Part shown: piece by piece, positions 14,661 to 24,965 of the stretch | Numbering within the stretch: the first letter of the stretch is position 1 | Layout: each line of letters opens with the position of its first letter | Assembly: GCA_964016885.1 (NCBI GenBank) | Contig: OZ024753.1 | Span: 3,906,001 to 3,970,000, forward strand | Source: Eledone cirrhosa | Taxonomy: Eukaryota | Length of the DNA: 64,000 nt | Direction: 5' to 3' | The notes under the pieces: generated by a model | Database searches by the model: none | The model's input: only the letters and a program-made list of their open reading frames with translations | What the model was told of the DNA's origin: nothing | Program-made: the position numbers and the translations under genes

Positions 14661-14713
<53 letters not shown>

Positions 14714-15461
14714 GTTTAGATATCTATCCACTGGAACCACTGGTAGAAAAGAGATAATTTGCATCATTAATATAAATACTGAATACCTCCCCATTATATG
14801 TTGATTGTTTTTTTTTTTTTATTTCCTGTGTAAGCGGCTACTGTATGTATGTAAGAAAAATATTTCTACACGAATATGACCTGTGAACAATTGGCCCGAC
14901 ACATGTTTTCTATTCAATCTATTGTAAATACACGTAAAACATTACAACCTAAATAGTTACATAACTAGTCGTGTTTTCATTTCTACATCTCCCCATTTCC
15001 CTTCTTTACATAACTCCGGTACCCTTTCATAACATATCTTCCTATTTATAAATCTCCTGTTGAAATCATGGAATGAGAAGGAGAAGGAAAGAAGAATAAA
15101 AATGCAACAATACAAAAATTAGAACATTTCTTGAAGAGAATATATATATATATATAAATGCTATAAATTGCTGTTTTGTCTCTTGCTCCCTCCACATGAC
15201 AGCGCTTTGACTTGAGTCAGTAGCTGTGACCTCGGTTGGGCAAGCAGTAGCGATTGTATGGGTCGAAACAGACAAAGTTCATATCAACTGCTGTTGGCGC
15301 TGGAGATCTGTGTCTTTCATTTGTATGTATATTTTCAAAAAATAATTTTTTGTGGTTTCACTTTAAAAAAGTTTCATTCGTTTCGACTTGATTTCGTACG
15401 TTATGCTGTTCTTTTTTTTGTTGTTCTTTTTTTGTTGGTTATGTTGTTCTTTTTTTGTTGG

Positions 15462-15499
<38 letters not shown>

Positions 15500-15621
15500 A
15501 TAATAATAAATATGAAAACTAAAATCCAAATAGGGCTCATTAAGAATAATATATATATATATATATATATATCAAAATATATAAAACCATAGACCAAATA
15601 TTTATCAAAAAGGCAGATTAA

Positions 15622-15672
15622 AGTTTAAGCAAGGAATCGCTGCTTTCACCCTAAACGGGATCTTCTGAAACT
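15622..15672 (-). ncRNA. Degenerate type I hammerhead ribozyme motif
   Basis: Minus strand: AGTTT-CAGAAGA(U4>A)-T CCC GTTTA GGG T-GAAA-GCA..TGC-TT-AAACT; all three stems are present. Confidence 0.6.
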
Positions 15673-17407
15673 ATAAAAAAAAAAAAAAAAATCAATCTGT
15701 GGACGCAGAAGTAATATTTCGAAAACGTTGCAAGCGAAGGAAAACAGGAAGACGATACTTTGGTTGGTGAAGACGTTCCCTGGATATTTCGTATTCTTAA
15801 CAATTGAAAAGAAAATAAGGGACAAAAGAATTAAATAATGTCTGGCTTTGAATCTTGTTGCTACTACATATATACGTATTCAACAATATGACTAAAAAAG
15901 GATAGCAAGAACGAATCCAATCCAATTATACATTTCACGCATTGGATTAAGTCATAAAATTCTTCCCTTTATTTGCTGTTCTCCCAAATAATATTTCTTA
16001 TACTTTTTTATGTATTGGTCATCACATTTCTTATTCTTTCACTCATCTCGTTTCGCAGAGGGATGCTGGAATATTGTATGTAGGTAGGAAACAGAAAGGG
16101 TAAAATAGATCTCGTCAAAAGCGCGCAACTAGGATGGAATGCATAACTGTAGACTGTTTTCTATATAATAACTCGTTTTATATGAGAAACAAGAAAAATA
16201 ACACACATACCATTAAAAAAATAACAGAAAAAAATATCCAGAATTCTGACGGCGGAGGAATAATTTCTATCAATGAAAGAATGGAAACTGAAACATGATG
16301 CTGTGTATAATCTATATAGTCTTTACTTGCTAGATTTTGAATTCTCTGTCCGCTCCTCCTTGTTTTTATTAACAATTATTTCTTCATGATCTATCCTTCT
16401 TTCTGTCTATCCATGGAAAGATGTCAATGACATTCTGCACTTTTCTACCACCCCCCCGCCTCTATATCTATTTCAGCATACACATTCTCTAGCACTCGCT
16501 CTTTACCTCAACGTTTTGTCTCACCTACAATTGAAAGAATACATTCTTGTGACTTTTTCTGTCTAACTCTTTATTTATATCTATTGTTGTTATTTCATTT
16601 TTAGAATTGTTTCTATTTCCTTCGCCATTTTCATTGTATTCTTTGTCTGGTTTTAATCTCCAACGCCGTTTCTAGTATTTTCTCTCTCACATCAAACTTG
16701 TTTAATTCACACATATATTATCACACGCACTCATACACCCACAGTTTTCTAATTTTCACTTATTCTCTCCTACTAAGTTTCTCTCTCTCCCTCTCTCTCT
16801 TGTTAAAGTACTTGTATCTTTTGTAGCATTGCTCTAGTTGGAATTTAGAACTGGAATATAATAAAGTTACAAACGACGACGGAGTAAAACCCACAACAGG
16901 AGTAGCAGCAGCTGAGAAGAGAAAAAAAAAGAAAAAAAAGGAGAGAAACAGTGGGGGGGGGGGGGGGGGGCAGCGTATCACATGGAGTGGCACGGTGATG
17001 ATGAAGATTAGGGGAGTGAAGCAGTGAGAAGAAAATGAGGAGGACAGATAGGATGAGAATGATGAAAATGAAGGTGATGTGGTAGGAGAGATGGAGGAGT
17101 ATGAAGAAGCGGAGGTGGAAGAAATAATTCCGTTAAGTTGGCAGTAGTGGTGATATATAGGGTAGCAGGGCGGAAACGATGGGTAGAAAGTATTCCACGG
17201 GAATGTGTTAAATAATTAGGTCTCGAGGAGAAGCGGAAATGGTTATTGCTGGAAATGTTAGCTCTGTTGATTGTGATGATGATAATGATGAGATGCTGTT
17301 GTTAGTGGTGGGAGTGGGATATGTGTAGGAGATGGTAGAGAAAATGTTTGAAGTTAGCTGAAGAAAAGCGTGGATTACATTATTGACAGGTAGAGAGGTA
17401 AACCTTA

Positions 17408-17528
17408 CAGGCACGCGCGCATACATAATTATGTGTGTGTGCACGCGCGTGTGCGCGTGTGTGTGCGTGTGTGTGCGTGCGTGCGCGTGTTTGTGCGTGC
17501 GTGTGTGTGCGTGTGCGTGTGCGTGTGC
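17408..17528. repeat. (GT)/(GCGT) compound microsatellite
   Basis: Alternating purine-pyrimidine tract, directly visible. Confidence 0.9.
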
Positions 17529-17692
17529 AGGAGGTGAGTTTTATTGTAGTACAATAAAGCAATGCAGATATCGGATAAGAAGCACTCTACAGTTTGTAGG
17601 ACTGGAGTATACATAATATAATATATAAGATATATGTTGATTTAAAGCTGCACTATCCACAAGTGTTTTTTAACCTTCATACCATGTCTTCC

Positions 17693-17763
17693 TATTTTAT
17701 CTGATGAAAACACAAATGTTATTGCATGATAATATTTGTTTTTGAAATGCGCATAATAAAATA
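17693..17763 (+). ncRNA. Type I hammerhead ribozyme motif, intact
   Basis: TATTTTAT-CTGATGA-[AAACACAAATGTTAT/ATAATATTTGTTTTT stem II]-GAAA-TGCGCA-TA-ATAAAATA: 8-bp stem I, palindromic stem III, AUA triplet. Confidence 0.88.
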
Positions 17764-17919
17764 TATGGAACTCTTAACCATCTTTTGATCTTATATATAT
17801 ATATATTATATATATATATATCTTGTGCCAAATGTAGAAACAATTATATATATATATATATATACACACACGCACACACACAAATATTTATATATATATA
17901 TATATTTATATATATATTC

Positions 17920-17972
<53 letters not shown>

Positions 17973-17978
17973 AATATT

Positions 17979-18018
<40 letters not shown>

Positions 18019-18050
18019 AATATTTGTGTGTGTGTATGTACATATACATA

Positions 18051-18240
18051 TAATTGTTTCTACATTTGGCACAATGCCAGCAATTATCCCAGTGTATTAC
18101 TGGTACTTTAGTTTATCGACCCCGTAAGGATGAAAGGCAAAGTTAACCTCGGCGGGATTTGAAATCAGACCATAAAGGGACGTAACTCTTTGCTGCAAAG
18201 CATGGTGTCCGACCCTCTACCGATACTGCCAATCCACCAC

Positions 18241-18242
<2 letters not shown>
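18051..18242 (-). mobile_element. SINE, full length
   Basis: Same family as the copies at 13333 and 45379, with head, central domain and tail; abuts (TA)n. Confidence 0.92.
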
Positions 18243-18300
<58 letters not shown>

Positions 18301-18621
18301 TTATCTCTTTTCTTTTCCCTGTATTTTTGTACTTTATTATTTTTTTTATTACTTATTATTTCTGATCATGAGTAATACCCTCACTCATCCCTTGCTACCC
18401 TCTCCCAACCTCTTTATCATCGATTGCACCATTTAAGTGATACATTTTTGTTGTAATTTTTAATTTTTTAATTTTTAAGACGTTTTATGACATTATGTGC
18501 ATCATATATTTTGTCTTTTTCCATATAGCGCTGGCCTCGTGAACCCCCTGCTGGTCCTTTAGCCTTGTTCTGGTGACGCAGCTCGATGAAGCATGCAACT
18601 ACTGATATATTCATGTTTATA

Positions 18622-18668
18622 GGCTCTGATGACTCCTGCCATGATGTATGGATGAAACACTGTTAGCT
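18622..18668 (+). ncRNA. Type I hammerhead ribozyme motif, partly decayed stems
   Basis: GGCT-CTGATGA-C TCC TGC..GTA T GGA T-GAAA-CACTG-TT-AGCT then AATAAA (18669-18674); GUU triplet. Confidence 0.65.
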
Positions 18669-19140
18669 AATAAATCAATGTATTTCTAAGCACACTTTGG
18701 TTATTTCTATAATTATAACGGCTTTGTAGTATACTAGTTATCCTCTATTGATCTAAAACCACACTGTCATACCAAGGCCAATATATCTGCATGTCTGGGC
18801 ATATTGATATATTTGTCAATGAAATATATATATATATATATATATATATATGGAGAGAAAGTATTAGAGAGGTCTATAAATAAATTTATAAATGCGTGTG
18901 GGCTGGCATGGAGTTTGTAAGAGCAATATGGTGTGAAGGAAAGCCTCTGATATTCTGTCGAGATTTGGTTCCGATATCCGGTTACCGGTTAAGCTGTTTC
19001 CTTTCGAGAAATCTGTATCCTATTGGTTACGCTACGAAACCTGATAGATTGGTTACGCTACTGTGATTTAATCTTCGTTTACTATATGAAATATGTTTTG
19101 CACTTTTGTCTTGGAGAGAGAGAGAGAGAGAGAGAGATGT

Positions 19141-19256
19141 TATCAACCCCGTAAGGATAAAAGGCAAAGTTAACCTCGGCGGGGTTTGAAGTCAGACCAT
19201 AAAGTGCCGTAATTCTATTGCTGCAAAGAATGGTGTCCGACCCTCTACCGACACTA
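19141..19256 (-). mobile_element. SINE, truncated, abutting (GA)n
   Basis: ACCCCGTAAGGATAAAAGGCAAAGTTAACCTCGGCGGGGTTTGAAGTCAG...GACCCTCTACCGA. Confidence 0.88.
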
Positions 19257-20772
19257 TGTAACATACATTATATAATTATTTATGTGCAATTTATAATTAC
19301 TGATTATCAACATTATCATTCATTTTACAAAATCTACCAGTGCTGAAGCAGAATTTGTACTGGTTCAGTTTACTTTCAAGGTATTGTATCAACATCACAT
19401 TTCATGAGCTACTTTAAAATGAATATGAGATATTCCTTTTTCTAATATTTTTAGTGCTAGAAAACCTCTCGAAATATCCCATCTCTCAATAAATACGTGC
19501 CAACAAAATATGGCGTGGATAAATTAGTAATTGCATGCATAGCGTTAAGAAATCTTATGAATCTTTAAGCATTTGTTGAGTTTCAAATATATGATTGTAT
19601 ATATGGGGAAAGGGCCAGGAGATAGCAATACAAGCGAGATGGACAGATACACATCCATACAATTGTGGGGAAAATTGAATATATAAACATTATTTATTAA
19701 TTGACAAGAAAGAACAGCCGTACTCCCACTGTCATCACCTCCATCTCTCTAGCCCTCCGCAGCTCTCTGTACGGTGAGCAAATGGGGTCCCACGTGCTGG
19801 CTTCCCGACAGCGCCGGCGCACAGAATGGAGAAGGCAGAAGCGCTGGAAGTGCCATTCCAACTCGTGAGGCTCACACCTGTTTTAATTTAAGTATTCTTA
19901 ACAATGGATATGATAAGATGTAATTTTAATTAATTCAAGATTTGTGAACATAGATGATACAACCTTAATGAATAAAACATGTATGTGATTGTTCGACTGA
20001 GATACAGCAGACTTCCGGCGTCGAAGTCGCTATCTTTTTCTTAAAATATGTCTCAAATGTCTACCATGCGTCCTGGAGGCGGTAGGTTGTTTGTTATCTT
20101 TTTAAAAATATTTGGTTATCAAAATGATGGTACGTCCCTGAGGACGAAGCGTCCTCGGTGCCGGGAAATACGGTATGTGCCAATATTTTTTTTAAAAGTG
20201 ATTTATAAAAGAAATAACAATCTTGGTGTTGTTTATGCATCGATTTTTAGAAGATCAAACATAAGATTAAAGATTTATACATTGTAATAATATATTTCAG
20301 TTCAATTGTGATAATATCAAACATCATTGCTAATCATACTTTTCGACTTTTAACGACTGGGCCAATGCACTGCCTTGGTTATATATCACTTAACATTAAA
20401 GTGACAAGAACTCTCAATTCCAACGTATCTAGATCTTCAAGAGCAACATCAGAGTCCATAGACCCTATCAAGAAATGACTTGCCCACATTCAATATCATT
20501 ATAACCAAGACAAGAAATATGGATATGATCACAAATATATACACACACAATATATATATACATAGAGAGAGAGAGAGATTGTTATACTTGGGGAGGGTCA
20601 TATTGTTATAATATTGCCAGAAATAATAACAGAACACACTCACTGTTTAGTTTGGGTTGGTTTTCGCTTCTGTATCTATATATAAATATAGTTATATATA
20701 TATACAAATGGAGTATTTCCGAAGGAAAGGTAAAGGAAAATAGAGTGATATATGTAGACTACAGAGCTTTTA

Positions 20773-20886
20773 AGTTATGTATTAAACAACATCAGATAAT
20801 TCATTTACCAAAGGTTTCATGAAGACAGACGTCTGTCTTCATGAAACCTTTGGTAAATGAATTATCTTATATTGTTTAATACATAG

Positions 20887-20888
<2 letters not shown>
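20773..20888. repeat. Spacerless palindrome (74-bp perfect core 20794-20867, ~116 bp with mismatches)
   Basis: AGATAATTCATTTACCAAAGGTTTCATGAAGACAGAC|GTCTGTCTTCATGAAACCTTTGGTAAATGAATTATCT. Confidence 0.95.
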
Positions 20889-20938
<50 letters not shown>

Positions 20939-21015
20939 CAAGATATAGATATGTCCCAAGGCTCTGATACCATCAACACCATAAACACAGAGCTGGCATA
21001 TCTAAGAACTGACTA

Positions 21016-21071
21016 ACTGCCTGATGAGGTCATAGCCATTCAAAAGCTATCATCGAAATATATATAGCAGT
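21016..21071 (+). ncRNA. Type I hammerhead ribozyme motif, intact
   Basis: ACTGC-CTGATGA-GGT C ATAGC [loop] GCTAT C ATC-GAAA-TATATA-TA-GCAGT then AAATAAA; AUA triplet, palindromic stem III. Confidence 0.88.
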
Positions 21072-21717
21072 AAATAAAGGTTATGAATTCATGCAATTGA
21101 CTTATGTTTCGTCACTATGTATATATATATACCTGCGATAGTTCTGTGTTATATGTAGGTATATGCGTACATTTCCTTATATTTACATTACGTAAATAAT
21201 ATACAATAAAAAAAAAATACTTTACACAAGTAAAATAAGGTCCAAGATGATACAACATGTAGCTAACATCTAAACACAAATTATGAATAGCAATCTAAAA
21301 CAAACTATAAACGCGGTATACAATGACATAAGATGGGTGCCAAATGCAGAAGTGAAACATACTTTGAATGTTGAATTAATGGATCATTTTTCTATTTCTA
21401 TTGAACAACCTATTCCTTCGTTGTTCCCACAATGAATGCTTATACACCCTTAACTGCTAATGCTTCATATAAAACTTATTATATTCGATACATTTCCATG
21501 TTATATATGAGAAGACCACACACCCACTTCTGTCATATATACCTACAAAGGATTGTTCTGACGAGTGCTATTATATTTATATACGTACATGCACAAACAC
21601 ATTCATACACGGACACACACATGCATGATCACACACAAATGTTTATTCATTTAAATATTTATAAAGGTGTGTGAACTTGTGCTTGTACCTATATATATAT
21701 ATATAGGAACGAGTAGG

Positions 21718-21813
21718 ACCCCGACGGCTGAGCTCAAGCCGTTTCGACGGCTAATTCTGGACTAAATGAAAATTTATATCCTGGTATATGAATAGCCGAG
21801 CTTCTCAGGGGGT
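21718..21813 (-). ncRNA. Type I hammerhead ribozyme motif with full stem III, altered core
   Basis: Minus strand: ACCCC-CTGAGAA-GCTCGGCTA...TAGCCGTC-GAAA-CGGCT TGAGCTC AGCCG-TC-GGGGT; GUC triplet; G8 is altered. Confidence 0.65.
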
Positions 21814-23238
21814 AATTCCATACATGGTAAAAGTGATTGTCACAAGGATTGGTCAAAAGTTTGTTGTTGAGACACATAATTCTATCATGGCAATTTGTGG
21901 GAAGAAGGGGTAGCTGAACCTTCCAGTAGAAGAAAGAGGGAGAGGGAGTGGAGGAATCCCAGTCGTGCGTTGATAGAGCCAACTACAGCAGGGCAGGAGG
22001 TCAAGCAAGTATACTAGGGAGGGGGAGGAGGAGGAAGTCGAAACAATAAGTAAATCAATATGGAGGAAATATATAGAAGAATACCAAGAATGTTAAAAAT
22101 ATAAAAAAAACAAAGGGAATAGTAACCAGAAAGTGTGTGTGAATGTGCGTGCGTGCGTGCGCGTGTGTGTGTTACTACATATTTACGAGGAGATGGTTGA
22201 AGCAGAGCGTGAAAGAGGAGGCAAAGGAAAGGAAATGAACGAAATGGAATAAAAGATAAATCAGAAACATCTATTGGTGAGTGATTTGCTATTTAAATCC
22301 GATATTACTCTCATATTGCATACATTTTTGTATATTTTGCTTTATTTCATAGCGTAAAATCAGATTCGGTGAAATTCATAGCAAATAACATATAGCGAAT
22401 TAACTAACTGGAAGTCTACTTCCTCGTTTCCAAAATGTATAGAGAAATAAGAAAATAAACTTATTGTACTGACTGTACAGTATGGAGTTTTATATATATA
22501 TGTTGTTTAAAGCCAATATAGTCAAATGAAATATGTGACCAAATCTACGACGGAAAACGTTTTACCAATTTTCGAGAACATATAATTTAGTAAAAGTGAG
22601 AATTGAGCAACAGTGTTAGAAAGTACAGTACACAATTTTCAAAGATGATATGAATAAAACACATTACATCAATGATGATAACTATCGGGAAATCTGCTAA
22701 CGAGTGTTGTTCTCTAGGTTCACAGGATCGGCTGCTATATCAGTGGAAATTATTTCAAATATATTAAGGACGCCTTAGATAATATAGCTATAGAGATGGT
22801 GGCTTCTCCATCATTTTACATTCTGAGCATTCGTATATTTGATATCCTGAATGGTTTGGTCACTAAATTAGACATCGAATTAGACAATTTTTAGTTTTCT
22901 GCTTTCCTCAACCGTTCACAAATGTGCTGCTAAAATGCCCCACACTTCTGGTTGAAATATGATGGCACGTGCCACCTGCGATCTACGATAGTGAAGTACA
23001 TCCTAATTTCCATGCTTCCAGTCAACAACTCGCAGCTCCGCTACTCGCCAGTCCACGACACGCAAACATATGTATCTTCGTTTTCCCGGTCATGTGAGCC
23101 CGTGTCGTTGCACGAACAATGCAACTTCGCTCCTATTTCTGCAAATTCTGTTGACGGCATTTCCGTTTAAGATGTATTTGATGAAGATGATCTGATAAAA
23201 TTCTCTTTTGAATCCTCCACCGTTACTACAGGACCCTG

Positions 23239-23502
23239 GTGAGGTTGCTACACACACCAGACGATAAAATAGAGAGATCGGAGCTCCAATATCATGAGCA
23301 TGTTGTTAGAATGTCCCAGGAAAGAATGATTACACAGATTTTACCAGCAAAACCAAACTGCTGGAGAGCCAGTGGTAAACCCCGAGCAAGATGTTTGGAT
23401 AACATTCATGAGTTTGGTTGGTCTCGCTTGCCCATCCAGCCAGATTATTTGGAAAGTATTGATTCTGGCAGGACTCTCTGGAAGGAGTTTTTGAGGACGT
23501 AA
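23239..23502 (+). mobile_element. RTE-clade LINE 3' fragment (decayed)
   Basis: KIERSELQYHEHVVRMSQERMITQIL.AKP...SGKPRARCLDNI resembles the RTE C-terminal pattern LRWxGHVxRM...RGRPRxRW. Confidence 0.7.
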
Positions 23503-24780
23503 GAATAAGTGGGCGAAGAATAAGAAGAAAGTATTCATTGTCAATGAGAACAGAGACTACTGATATTATTTGAATTTCAAATTATGTGTAAAATTATCAT
23601 TTTTGCCTACAATGTTAGAAACTAGTAAAGAGATTATATGGCTTATTAATTCCGCTAGTCTAAGGAAAGAAAAATAAAATAATCACACTTACACACATGT
23701 ACACACTCACACATACAAACTAAAATTACACCAAAAACGAGACCAAGATTGACGACAAAAAGAAAAAAAAATAGGATGGAGAGGATTACATGATGATTTT
23801 ACCGGTTAAAATGTGTTTAGTTTGTTAGAAGGCGGGCTGAGGCTGGAGAAAAAGTAAAAGAACTAAGGCGGCTTATGATATACGCAACATACATTACTGC
23901 GTTTAAGTGTAACGATTCGTTTAATCAGTGTCCTGAATATTGCAATATAAAATATCCGGAACTTCTCTGATATAATGATCTAAAAATGTATTCAGATATT
24001 CGAATCTTTCGGTTCATTACATGTACTCCGTGATAGTTTCATTTAATCTGGCACAAGTCTCTAAATTTGTTAGGAGGACACGTACTTAAAACAGTATGAG
24101 TTTAATTGTCTAAGTTGTTATTTGTATTTAGACGTTAAGTGACATAATTAAATGCTGAGACAAATTCCGTTCAACTATCTCTACGCTTTTATTTTCATAT
24201 ATATTCTATTACATGATTATAACTTCTTTCCAAATGATATTTTTGTAAACTGGGACTATCTATGAATATTTATATGGGTAAATATCAATTCCTAAGTGGG
24301 GAGTGAAAGGAACAGGAGAGCCGTAACGATTTTATTGAATCATTTGTCGATAAAAATATTTAGATCCCATAGGATTTGGAGTGTCGAATTTCCTTCTTAG
24401 TAACAGACAACATTGATAGAGCTTTTCCTAAATCAGATGATGTAAGTGGTAGTTTATGTTATTCGTAGGCTGGTGATATCTATGTCTCTCCAAGTTGGAA
24501 ACTGAAGGCTGAGGTATTTAAGCATCAATTGCTTCTGAGATAAAAAAAAAAAATGTATTTTACTGTTCAGAATGGGATTTGGAGGAAAGAGATACAGTCC
24601 TACAGAGTTAGCTTGCTATTTCTGAATAGGTTGTTATTGAATAGCCCAGGATGATAGTGAAAAATCATAATAAAAAAAAGGTGTTCGCCCTGTGATATTT
24701 ATGCGTACTCTATCCAAATTGACAATACCAAAAGAATTATGTAAGTTATGCTGAGTATGATGTGGATGGAATTTCTAACA

Positions 24781-24965
24781 GAAGGAGGAAGAGAGGGGGA
24801 GGAAGAGAGGGGGAGTAAGAGAGGGGGGAAGAGAGGGGGATGAAGAGAGGGGGAGGAAGAGAGGGGGTGGAAGAGAGGGAGAGAGAGGGATTGGAAGAGA
24901 GAGAGTGGAAGAGAGAGGGTGGAATAGAGAGAGATATAGTGAAAGATATAGAGAAAGATATAGAG
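24781..24965. repeat. Polypurine (GGAAGAGAGGGG-like) low-complexity tract
   Basis: Directly visible. Confidence 0.85.

Noticed and set aside
20130-20182. CTGAGGA...GAAA motif
   Set aside because: No stem I or III, and the core is sequestered in a competing GAGGACG/CGTCCTC hairpin.
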